DNA of 53,530 nt, the filler included, from Sphacelaria rigidula (lineage: Eukaryota), in the NCBI GenBank assembly GCA_964200075.2. It is 4 parts of 4 records of this genome, joined end to end, with 100 filler letters (N's around TTAATTAATTAA, not from the genome) between each part and the next. Parts side by side here need not be neighbours in the genome. Positions count along the whole stretch, not along the records: positions 13,412 to 26,718 come from CAXNAA020002977.1; positions 26,819 to 40,124 come from CAXNAA020002978.1; 2 more parts are not named here. One strand, written 5' to 3'. Positions 24,831-36,412 of the stretch are shown in pieces; the first letter of the stretch is position 1, and every line of letters starts with the position of its first letter. The notes under the pieces were generated by a model. The model searched no databases, was not told where the DNA came from, and saw nothing but the letters and a program-made list of their open reading frames with translations. A program made the position numbers and the translations under genes.

Positions 24831-26718
24831 TATTGGACACCCTGAACTGCAAACAAGCTTTTTCGTCTGCATTTACTCCAAGCATTCCAACGTTTTACAT
24901 TCGCACGACTAAAAGTATTTTGTGCGTGATGCGAGCGCCAGGGGTTGGAGACAGGTGTGGTGTCTGCATGCTGCTGATATCCATGTTTCGTCGCATCTCA
25001 CGTTCCCTTACATTGCTTGACCTTCCGTGGTGGTGCTGATGGTGCTGTGTTGTGTTCCCGCTCCTGACCTTTTGACAACTTCAGGCGGCATCAAAGCCAC
25101 AGAAAAAATCCCCACCCACTGTGCAACACGCTGGAACTCCGACTACGAGCAAGCGCGCGTAATCAACGAATACAAGTTCTGCATCCAGCAGCTCTGCGAC
25201 ACCCTCACCACGGAGCGAAAGCTCAATATTTTCTACACCGACGTGGACTGGGCGAACACGCGCGCCGTCGTCGAGCTCCTCGGGCTTTTCTGTGAGGCGA
25301 CCGACATGATGCAGGGCGAAAACTTCATCACCAACAGCATGATGTTGATGCTCGCGTCAACCCTCCACGCCTTCTGCGTGACGAAGGCTTGCGATGTTGA
25401 TCTTTCGCAGCACATCAGGGACGCGGCGGACGAGATGTTCGACGAAGTGGAGGATCGCTTCTACCCTCCGACCAAATGTTCGATGATTGCCGCTGTCTGC
25501 GACCCGCGCGTTAAAAAGCTGACGTGGTGCAACCCGAGCGAAAAGAAGAAGTACCGCGAGCTCACAGTCGACGCCATGGTGGCTGCCGTGGCCGACGAGA
25601 GAGACAGCGGGAGGAGCAACGATCCCCCGGCCGGCGCCAACCAGCCCGCTGCCTCACCCGTTCGCACGGACCTCCGCAAGAAGCAGCCCGTCAACAAGAC
25701 TACGCTCCTCTTCGTGAAGCTGCTAACTGTGTCCGCCATGACCGACGAAGAGGAAGCCCCAGATCTCCCCCCCCAATCGGCCGAGGCGATCCTGGCCGAA
25801 CGCAAGAGCGCAGCGGGGTACGAGTTGGACCGGTACCTGCAGGGTGAGACCCTTGATGTGGAGGCCTCTTCGCAGACGGTGCTGCGCTGGTGGTTCGACA
25901 AACGACTGGTCTTCCCTGTCCTCTACAAGGTGGCCTGCATCTACCTCGCCGCCCCCGCCTCGTCGGGAAGCTCAGAGCATGTGTTCTCGGCCAAGAAGCG
26001 GAACAGGTTAGGCGCCGAATCGGACAAAAACCTGGTCTTTCTTCACGGATGCCACGGAGTCGCGTGGAACATGAACGATTCTAACCCGAGGCCCAAGAAA
26101 AGGTTGCGCTCTTCCACATGAGCAGTCACCGCAGTAACCAACTTGCTTCTGTGTGTTCGGCGCTTTCGCAGTGGTTACAAGTTGCCCTTGCGAGTATAGC
26201 TGTAGAGCGGTTGCACGGTGTGCAAATGGATACAATATCTACTTGTAGAATAGGCACCAGAGTACCCGCTCATGCTTCATGGGTTTAGAGTTTGGAGTTT
26301 AGTGATATGATTCAGCGGGGGTGTATACCAATGGCAGCAGACGGGTGGCGTGGCTGAGTAGATGAGGTCACGATCAATGCAAAGCTGCAGATAACAGTAG
26401 AAAACAGCCGTGCTTCGGGGTATGAGGAGATGGTCTGTCGCTTCGCCTTTCCTTCGTGTTTGACGAGTGTTGGATTCATTTTCCCCTCCATTCATTACTC
26501 TTTACATTTTGATTGTTGCAAGCTTAGTGGTTTTTTCCTCTTGGTTGGTGACACGAATATATATATTTTGGCATTCAAAATTACAACTTGACGCATGCTG
26601 CCGACGTTTCCTGTTACTGGTGGTGAAAAACGTTGAAGAAAAAGAGCTCGCATTTGAGTTTGCGCATGTTCGTTTTGGCACCTTTTCCTTTTCCAATGAA
26701 TGAGCAGAGTCGAGGTAT

Positions 26719-26818
26719 NNNNNNNNNNNNNNNNNNNNNNNNNNNNNNNNNNNNNNNNNNNNTTAATTAATTAANNNNNNNNNNNNNNNNNNNNNNNNNN
26801 NNNNNNNNNNNNNNNNNN
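26719..26818. other. Artificial contig spacer
   Basis: N44-TTAATTAATTAA-N44. Confidence 0.97.
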
Positions 26819-27626
26819 CCCCCCAAAAAAGCATTGCTCCGTCTCGAAAGGGATGCGTGGTCAATGGTCAAATGACTAAGGCAAGCAACAAATGAGTACG
26901 CCCCCCCCAAAAAAAAGCAAAAACAAAGATGCAGTGTGACGCATGAGGTATTCGCACATATTGCGGCGGCACAAAACAAAACGATTGGCATTACATGTTC
27001 TCAACGAGCGCTGTCGAACAATAAGCGTGTAGAAGAAGAAAAAATGAATCGAAAACTGCAAAAAACGCGGCAGAATGTATTGCTTTCAGCATGACAGTTT
27101 CATCACGCGCCATAAAATTGTCAAGTGAGTGAGTGCACCACACCCTAGAGACGAAACAAAATGAGACATTACTACCCATCGGGTGACGATAAAGTGGTTC
27201 TCTTGTGAACAGTGTTGAGCGCGCTGAGGCTTGGTGCTCACCCCCCCCCTCCCCACCCCCCCCAGTCGTGCCTCAAAAACACAATCGAGCGTAACAACTC
27301 TGAAAAAACTTTTGAAGAAAGACATGCGATCAAAATACAAGCGAGCTGTGCATTTCCGTTCATAACACTACAAGCAATGATCTCATCAATCCTCCCTGCG
27401 GTGTGGTACTCGGTTTGGTTTGCAGGACACACAACTAACTCCAGGCAAACTTGTGACGGAACAGCACGTGCGGCAGGGGTTATGAATTGAAAGCTCAAAC
27501 GGCTGGGAAGCTCCTGGCATTCTAGTTGATCCATCGTTTGGATTTTCGGAACCGACTGGTCGGAAAACGTCAGGACAAGTATCTAACGTCACGGAACCCA
27601 TGTTCGTCACGCGAACTGTCGGTACT

Positions 27627-27753
27627 TGTTGTTGTTGTTGTTACTGCTGTTGTCTTCACATTTAAAACCCATTCCGATATCTGCGCAGTACTCTGTACGG
27701 GGCATCTGATGCGGACGTCTTCCGTGGTCACAGGCTAAGTACCCCAAGCTAGG
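27627..27753 (-). repeat. Possible short retroposon 3' end with (CAA)n tail
   Basis: (GTT)n run adjoining a short non-coding segment. No second copy in the window. Confidence 0.3.
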
Positions 27754-28729
27754 GTAAAAGAAAAATCACAAAATAAAATAAAATCGGACCCAGAAAAAAA
27801 TCACACAGACGCGATACAAAAGAAATGAATCAAGTAAAATGAAAATACTAGGAAAAAAAAGAAAAGAAAAAGAAAGTGCCGCATTTCACTTTTCCAGGAA
27901 TGTCTCCGCTGCTATTTGCATCTCGGCTGTTTGGGCTGTCATTGAAGATGTGTACGATACCATTGATCGACTCATGGTGTGTTTTCCATGCGGCACAAGG
28001 AAAGTGCTAGCAAGCTATAACCAGCAAGGGGACCTTAGTTGCCAACTCATCGCACAGGGATAGGTGCATCTCGCGCTGATGTCAGACCCGCGGTCAGTTT
28101 CGAAATAAAAAACCAAAGTTCACGACATAGATACATAGATAGTGCGCTCGCTGAGATATTCGTGATCATCCGTGACCCACCGTGCTTCGGATTGGGGATT
28201 TTTATAACACGACAGCCGCATGCGGCAAGCACCGCAGACCGGGCGTGGTTGCACATCACGTCAATAGCTACCGCCGCAGCACCATCGGACGGAAGAACGT
28301 GAGGAGTGCACAAGGCTATTGCTACAACGGGCGGAAGCAAATGAGCAAGTCGAAACTTCTCAATACATCCGGTGAGTGGCGAGGGCGTTGCCTCCAGCGG
28401 CATGTGTGTGCTCTACGCGCAGCAGTCCACAGCCGCATACCCCTCACGTGCAGCCAGTGTATTCGAGTTGCTCGTATGTGGGTTGAAGAAACGGCGGTGC
28501 CAGGTGCTTGGTCATGTACTTGGCCGGTGCTGTGCAAATGATGGGGACGATCGACCCGCAGTGCGTCGAGAACGGCGCGTATTATCTGCGTGAAACCCTC
28601 CAGGGTCTTGTTGCACGCTAGAGGATCCTGCTAAACGGTCAAACGAGTCGCCTGTGTTGGTGTGCTGTGATACTGTCTCTCCTGTTCGTTACGCACTCGA
28701 TTTCCTCGGCGCTATTTTTCGATTATATA

Positions 28730-29858
28730 CAGGCTGGGCCGCCTAAGAAGCGGACTTTCCTTCAGCCGGTTCCAACTGACGATCTATCGCGAGTTGTGCC
28801 TACTATGACACATCGTGGTAATCTGCAAATCAACGCGCGTCTTTCACTTCACGTAGCACTGCGATCTGACAAGTTCCCATCACACGAAATACCAAACTGC
28901 AGTCAGCTGCAAAGTGTAGAGAGTTGAAGGTGGCATGTGCGGCGGAATAAGGGGAAAAAAACGGCTGAAATCGCATTTACGGTTACAGCCGGTTTTGCCG
29001 CGGCCGCAAAGTGATGGTGCTGCACTAGTTGGGGTTGCACAACAATGCATGTCGTACTGTAGGCGCGCAGTGTCTGAGATGGTACGTAGACGAGACCTTC
29101 AGCGCGCCAAGGCGTCGCGCTTGTAGAAAACGTCAAAGTCCCGGATGAGGTTATTGCACTCTAAAAGCAAGTGAACTGGTTCTCGACAGAAAGACGCGAT
29201 TTCACTGCTTAATTTGAAGTTGTTTTCCATGAAGTTTTGACACGATATACATGTGGTATATGTGAAGCCCCTACCGTCTGCCCCTCTTTCTTCTTTCTTT
29301 TTCTCGTACGATGTTGGTGATCTAAATTTCGGAACAGTTTTTCTGGTACAAAAGCGTCAACAACTCATTAATATATATACACATATGTTTATCAAGGGGG
29401 AGAATAGGGAGTTCAAAACATACCTCATGCACATCGTATCGAAATTTCGTAAAAAAATACTCAAAATTCAACAGCATACCCGCGTTTCATTTTTTCGTGG
29501 CTGGTCCATCTCCACATAGGAACCAGTCTTGGACACGAACACGCGATTTAGAAACTGAATTTCGAGTCGTTTTCAATGAAATTTTGACACGATGTACAGG
29601 ATGTATGTGCGAAGACGCCACCTTTTTTACTCTACATTTTTCCTCCTTTCTCCGTGAGTTATCGGCGACCAAACATTTCAGAACAGTTTTTCGGAACAAA
29701 GTCGTGAATAACTCAAGAAAAATATGTAGGGTGGAAGAAGTGGCGTCTTCGCACATACATTCTGTACATCGTGTCAAACTTTCATAGAAAACGACCTGAT
29801 AATCAGCTGCTAAATTACGTGTTCACATCCCTGTCCGCGTCTTGGGCGGCCCAGCCTG
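28730..29858. mobile_element. Tc1/mariner-type MITE inserted in the left TIR
   Basis: TA|CAGGCTGGGCCGCCTAAGAAGCGGAC ... GTCCGCGTCTTGGGCGGCCCAGCCTG|TA. Absent from the right TIR. Internal inverted repeat at 29583-29625 / 29735-29779. Confidence 0.9.
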
Positions 29859-30349
29859 TATACATATATATGTACACATACATATGTAGTGCATGGTTTA
29901 CGGTTTGCGCTATACCTCGAGCAACGGCCCGACTATGCAGTGCAATCGTACTGGACTGGATTGCTGTACTGCATTTACGGTACCAAGTTGGGGACACGGC
30001 GAAGCAGCGAAGGAGGTCACCCCCCTGCCCTCGCTCGGTAGGAACTCTTTTTTTCTGTGGTTTACACCGACGCGTGTCACTGCAAGCATGCATGCTGTCT
30101 TTATAAGTATAAGGCGGAGGGGCACGGCGGAGGCATTCATCCACATATCATCCCGTCCCCCCATTGTGCTTCAGTACAGCAGCATCGGACCGTACAAGCC
30201 AACAATCAAGATTGAGTATGGACCTTGTCTTCAAGGATGAAAATCCGGAAAATGAAAGCCTTCGTGCCCACACCACTGGGTGAAAATATCATTACATTTC
30301 CTGACCTCCCGATAGTTTTTGATGAGCACTACATGCCGTACATATTTGT

Positions 30350-30490
30350 CTACCGAATATCGAAATGTTGGGGTCCTATGAAAACGCAATTATTGGGAAT
30401 TCTGTTCATCCCTTTCGACCTACTAAATGTGGACGCGAGTTTTTTCTTCATGTGGGACCCCAACATTTCCGGGATCGAGAATTTTGAACA
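30350..30490. repeat. Core of a foldback element related to 14913-15340
   Basis: ATCGAAATGTTGGGGTCC...GGGACCCCAACATTTC mirrors the ATCGAAATATTAGGGCCC...GGACCCCGACATTTCGG core of the contig-2 MITE. Confidence 0.55.
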
Positions 30491-31863
30491 GTGGTACGGT
30501 CAGCACCCAAACGTTGGATAGGGTGCTGTAATCGCAAGTAACTGTACCCAATGTTAAGGCGGAAGTTGGCCGGTCGGCCCATCCCGACACAAGATTAAAG
30601 GACAGTAAATACCCGGATATTTAAGCTATTCCAACACAGTTTTCATAACTCCGTATCCGAATCAGTCGGGGCACATATCTTCACCCGACCAGCGAGTAGA
30701 TATATCTCATAGTCGCCACAGATATGCATTCAAATGTTTGGCTAGTCGGAGTAAGACTCTATTATGTTCCTGGAGAAGTCGACAAAGGCTAAAACCAGGG
30801 TCCCGTAAATAGTGACTTCTCCTGCAAGTACGTTATTCAATTCGGCCCACATTCTTGGGTTTATCACAAAGAAGCATCCACTGACCGGAACACCTCGACA
30901 AAAATGTTGAGAGAAAAATCTCTACATGGAGTGCCGTCAACACACCCCGCATCACTGCAGCCGCAACAAACCACGGGACACGATGCTGTTAGTCCCGTCT
31001 GCCGACTCTCACGCCACCCACGCATCCATTCGGACTCTTCACGCAGAGACCGGTAGCGCCAGCGGGGTCTAGATAAGGTCTATGGAAATTCATCATTTTC
31101 ACGAGGCGAACCCTGTCGGCGTGGACCACGTTCGATTGGAGGTGAGGTAGAGTACTGCGTTGTTCCTTGTGCGGACAGCCATGCACATCTTCGCCGGGCG
31201 GTACGGCACTGTACCCCATGACGGTCCAAACGTCACATAACGGGAACATGATGTGAAATTGGGCGCCGCCACGCTCAGTCTCGAAATACTGTCACGAAAT
31301 GAGTCAGGGTACTGGAAGGGTAAACTCTGGCGGTTGCATTGCAAGCTCGCGTTCGTCATTGTCACCTCCGACACACACACACACACACGCTGATGCAAGT
31401 CAAGCTGGGTTCAAGCGCCACGCCTATTAACCCTGTGCGTGCAATCCACAGGCTCAAGCTGACAGTGACGCGGATGACGAGCCCATCGATGATGTCGGCG
31501 CGGTCGCCCGCAATCTGTACGGCAGGGAGGAGTCCGAAGACGAGGCACCACGACCCAGGAAGGACGCGCCACTCACGGGGGAGGCTACATCAGGTGAACA
31601 GCAGAACCCTTTGACAACCATGACGGATAATGTTGGAATCGTCTCCCCGTGGCGTCACTCGAAATACGAATGATATACCTCGCGATGATGACATCGCTGA
31701 GCGCAGCAAAGCGATACGCAGGCGATGACTGGACCGTTCTTGGATTCGCCTATGCCCCGCCGCTGCATATGTGCCGTGCTCAGTGTACTCATCTCACCCC
31801 CTTGCCCTATCTCCACACTACGCAACTCCCGCCTGTGCACCCGACAGGGTGGTTGCGTAGTGC

Positions 31864-34458
31864 CATGGACATCATTGCGGTCGGAGATGAAGACGAGCAC
31901 GAGGTTGACCTCGGTTTGCACGCCCAAGTTATGGCGGAAACACCTGACGGGTTGGATGAATCGAGGCAGGCAGTGATGACCGTCGTGGAGGCCGAAGATT
32001 CTACCGCCTTTGTCCGACCCCTGACACAGCAGTCAGCCGGCGACGGCGACGGCGCCGCTGCCCGCCCGGTCTACGCAGCACTCAGGTGGGGCCGCGCTGC
32101 TATCCGCACCGTCAACCCAGCAGTCAGTGGTGGCGACGATGGTACCCGCATCCCCAACGCAACAAGCACCAGTGGCAGCGACTGTGACCGCCCGGTCAAT
32201 ACAGCCGTTAGCGGCGGTGAAGGCGGTATCTGCTCCTCCGACGCAACAAGCAGCAGTGGGGGCGTCGCTAGCCGCCCATGCAACACATTGGTCGGCGGCG
32301 GCGGCGGCGGCGGCGGCGGCGTCGCTATCCGCCCGCGGGACCCAGCCGTGGGCGGGGGAAACAGACGTGTCTCCAGATAACCACAGCTTCAACCGCGAGG
32401 TGAGAATTGTGTGTGCAGCCCTCCTCCCTGATCTCCATGTTCCCGGTCCCATGTTTAACGTAGTTTTTGCTCGACGTTCGCCTCATGTCCCGCGGTAGCG
32501 CCGACAGCATCGACCGCGAGGACCAGTGCCATCGTCGATCAGTTTGTCCGCTCTGCCGTCCCTATTTCTCACCAGCAGCCACCATTTCACTTTGCGCAGG
32601 AATCGTATTCTCAGGGGTTGAACATCGCCGCACAGTAATATACCGTGGCGTGCTTTTGGCTCCGTGTTGCTCCTTCCGTCATTTCGGCAGGACTTCAAGA
32701 GGATAACGGAACAGAACAGTGGGAAGCTACCTTCTGCACCGTCCTTGGAGGCTACAGTGGTGAGAAAGGTGCGCAAGTCTTGCGCGGAGGAGATGGCGTG
32801 GCTGCCACCAGTTGCCAATGCCGTGTTGGACCTGCCGGAAACTCGCACAGAGTTTGTGGCGACAACTCATCACAGTACTTCGCACTGTCATGACGGGACC
32901 CGCGAATTCATCGCGAGCTGCAAGGTTTCCCACGCTTAGGCAAAGCGGGCGCCACGAACGCAAGATGCTATTTATTGCTCAGCCTGAGGTCTAGGCCGCC
33001 GCGGACGACATCTGCCGCCGCTCCAACACTGAAGACCCGACTTCCGGAGCGTGGTGGGCCCTTGGACTTCTGTACGGATTCATAGACAATGTAGGTTCAC
33101 GCTGCATGTTTCATTGTTTTTCCGTCGCCAGGCCGAACGCGGCCGGATTCATCCTGACGGCTTGAACTGCGTTCGAATTTCGGACTCGCCCTGGCGTTTG
33201 TTGACCTTGTGCATCTCCGGGTGCCCCATAACCGATCGACCGTGACCCATGTTACGCTTTGCTGTGTCCGCCACGGGGAAGCCGTGCACACAAGCAAATA
33301 TCATGAGCGTATCGCTGCGGCATGTTCGGGTTCCATTTCCGAGGCGCACCAACCACGCCGCGTGCAACGCCACCTGCCGCCGCTTCGTAGTTACGAGAAC
33401 ACGCGCTATGTCGAAAGGCCAATCGCACAACTCCACCCACTTCTTTCCAGTCTTTCTCTTTAACCCTTTTGTGCCGTCACACAGGTCACGTGCGAGACCC
33501 CAACGATGGCGGTCGATAACGCGAACGTCGTCGTCTTCAAGTACCCAAAGGGTGCGTTCGAACTGCATCGTGATCGCGCCGCAGTGTTGTATCTCGTGTC
33601 GGGGTGGCTCCTCAGCAGTGGCTTGAGTCACGTTCGCCCGAATCTTCACGATCACGACCTCTTCCTGCCGTTATTGAATGTTCAGAGGTATGTCGACCTC
33701 TCCGCGATTTTAATCGGCGCGCTTCGGCGAACGTTCGTGGGTCAGAGACGAAAGGAGTCCGCCGGAATAAAGTGTTCAACGGGAAGAGCTCACTATTGTC
33801 CACATCGGAATTTTACGAGTTGGTGCGGCGCTGGGAGGCCGGATATCACCATGCGTTTTCGAACCCTCACCTCCTGTCCACCTACATGAGAAATCTTCCG
33901 AACGAAGTAAGGCGAGTGGTCGAACGGGAGGAGGCAGTTCAGCTTCAATGGAAGCGGTGTGTCGACGCGACACCGGGGTGGAAAAGTGACCCCGACGCTG
34001 AGCGGTCCGTGTATGGCTTCATATTTCCGAAGTACCACAACGTGAGGGTAGAGGAATATTGTAGACGCTTGCGCATGGTTTCTGATGTGTTCAAAAGGAA
34101 GAAGACCACGCAGCAGGCCCTGCGTGCTATGCTGAAGGCTGCTCGCGCTGTCGCGAAGCCTCCGCAGCAATAAATCAATGAGAGCGGCGGCGGTGCCGCC
34201 GGTAGGAATACGTATCTGATCGTCCGCGCGAAGGCAGATCTCGTAGCATTAGGGTTGACGGAGGTGTCGTTCGCTGAGTTCACGGAAGCGCAGCTGAGAG
34301 GCCACATCGGAAACGTGGGTGGTAGTCTCAAGGGACAGAGCAGAGCACCGAAGGTACGCCTGCAAATTCATTTGAAGTACCTGATACCGGGTATCATACA
34401 CAGAGAGGCCAAAACTCAAACGTTGGAAGATGCTTGTCATGTACGATCACAAGGATAG
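31864..34458 (+). pseudogene. Decayed, probably spliced accessory gene: low-complexity repeats, P-element-transposase-C-terminus-like region, SAP-like motif
   Basis: GC-rich coding-like blocks with repeated RPVNxAVSGG units. Motifs VLYLVSGWLL, SEFYELVRRWE, FPKYHNVRVEEYC and ALRAMLK, then, after one in-frame TAA at 34171, FTEAQLRGHIGNVGGSLKG...KVRLQIHL. Frameshift at ~33700. Start uncertain. Confidence 0.5.
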
Positions 34459-34735
34459 ACGGGGATTGTATGCGAGAGGCCCCTGCGACACGCACTCTTG
34501 CATTTCAAGTCAACCTCGTAAAATTTTAGCTACCACACCGAGGGTCAGAGGCAAAAAATAGAACATGCACTGTCCACAAATACGCCTCCCTCCACGACAC
34601 ATTTGGAAAATCTTCCCCTCGTGATTACTCATCAATCGATGACCCAACCAATGCGTGGATTATTATGTCCCACCAAATCTCCGCGTGACATGCCGTAGTA
34701 CGTGAAAATCTGGGGCAATTTTTTAAACACAATCA

Positions 34736-36412
34736 TCAGGTGGAGTCACCGTACGTCATTGTCAATGTGTGATCTTCACGCCCCAAGACCTTCTGTGCTC
34801 GTTGCCTCTTCATGCTCCGTGCCAACCCTGGAAACCCAACCCTCGAAATTGACACGATAATTGATGATGTAGTATCAAAGCCGATTGTTTCTCGGAGGAG
34901 TGCAGTGCGGGCCATTTTCCAGGTCGGTGTAGGTGCTTGCGATTTTGAAATCCGGGGTGGGAAATTCCCGCATGGCGAGAGAGTTGGAACAGGTTTGTGT
35001 CGAATCTCGCCGACGGGTGAAGCACGTCGCACTTCGGTAAACGTCCATTTGTTTTTCATGAGAAGGAGGAGGTGAAATGCCCTATACACCGAGCAGGCCG
35101 TGGTTGGTTCTGTGTTCGGCATGTCCATGCGAGTCTCAATACTCGATTTCAATTCCACTTTTTTTTCAGTAGTTGACCTCATGTCTTGAGGTCGGGGCCA
35201 CAGGCGGCGTGCATTTTTCACCACGAACCCCCGGGCTCACGCGTGAAATGAACAAGCAAGGAAACGGTGGAAAAGACCTTCACATGCACCTTGCGTATGA
35301 GTTGTCGACTCCCCGCGCATAATTCCACGAATAAACGCTAGAGTCTGAGGGGAATGCTTGAAAAAACATTGTCTTTGAAATCCCCGTAGGTCATCGAAAA
35401 AATCGGTCTTCATGTACCAAAAGCTTTTTGTTTTCATGCTTGGTCGTGCCCCAGGCCAACTTGGGGAGTCCAACCCTCGACATTGGCGCGATGCTAGGTG
35501 AGATGCTAGGTGAACAAGAATGTGGCTGGGGCGAATTTTAGCGCAGCATATTGCGGGCCATTCGCGAGGCCGATTTTGGCCATCGCGATTTGAATTTCAG
35601 AATGAGCTTTCATTACCGCAGAATAAAAAGGTGGGGTATGTTCGTGTCTTATTTTGTTGACGAGAGAAGAACGTTCTTCTACAGCAAATATCACCTTTCC
35701 TTCACGAGAATGAGCTGACTGACCCACCCCGTCAAGGCTCTCGTGGGTTCCGTTGTTTCAATATGCTCATGCAATCCTCGATACTCGATCTGAAGTACAT
35801 GCCATGACAGCTGAACTCATGTACTGCTCGGGGCATCGATGTGGGTTTTTCACCATCACCCCCCGGGCACGTGCACAATATATATATATATATATACATG
35901 TATAGCAATGAATGGGTCTGAAGAACGTGATCAAGTCTGTCGCACATGTGCTGGCGATTCTCCGTGCATGATTCCCAAATACAACGCTGAAATCCGAAAA
36001 AAAAAATCGCAGATGATTGACAAAAAGCGCCTTAGCGCCCTCAAACATTTTTGTTGTGTGTTGTGCGTTGTGCGTTCTCCATGCCACCTGCGGAAGCCCA
36101 ACCGTCAACATCGGCGCGAAATTATATGAGTGAGAGTCAGTGCCGGTCTATTTTCGGCACCCAGGCCGTTGTTGGCATCCACCATCTGCAACTCGAGGTG
36201 GGAAATCGCGCGCGCACACCGGAAGATTGGAAGATACAGATATTTCACTTCCTTGACGACCTCAGGACCTCCTCCTGCGGTCAAAACTATTTATTTTGAT
36301 AACAACAAGCTCAAGTCGACAATACAAAACTAAAAGCGCTGGTTTAGCTTGTTCGCGATTAGCTCTTATAAATTATTATTCTCGACTTGAAGTCATACTT
36401 CGCAAGTTGGTG
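34736..36412 (-). pseudogene. Decayed MULE/NOF-like DDE transposase
   Basis: In order across frameshifts and stops: FCIVDLS (D at ~36316), KYLYL, IISRRC*RLGFRRW, FFFSDFS (D at ~35993), SCHG(H) at ~35800, TTHTQGACEGLFH (E at ~35280). Order and spacing fit the MULE D-D-CxxH-E core. Identified by eye only. Confidence 0.45.

Larger units (their letters stand above)
21543..26121 (+). pseudogene. BED-finger hAT transposase pseudogene; exons 21543-22012, 22717-22984, 23777-24158, 25085-26121
   Basis: Motifs: BED finger (AVRPVATC...CAGNTTNLDWHTRKHH), TTDIWT, SHT, TTDTAAD, CTCH, TRWNS, dimerisation domain WW...FPVLYKVACIYLAAPASSGSSEHVFS, C-terminal PRPKKRLR. GT-AG introns. Lesions: in-frame stops at 21720, 21801 and 23804; frameshifts at ~23820 and ~25105; apparent short deletion before KKRNRL. 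Confidence 0.92.
21164..26718 (+). mobile_element. hAT DNA transposon (right end beyond the contig)
   Basis: Terminus CAGTGTTGCATATCG followed by a dense subterminal TATCG/CGATA cluster (21174-21320), then the transposase gene. No matching right TIR before the contig end. Confidence 0.8.

Noticed and set aside
28047-28593. ORFs duplicated at 38337-38823
   Set aside because: They are mirror translations of the TIRs with no recognisable protein features.
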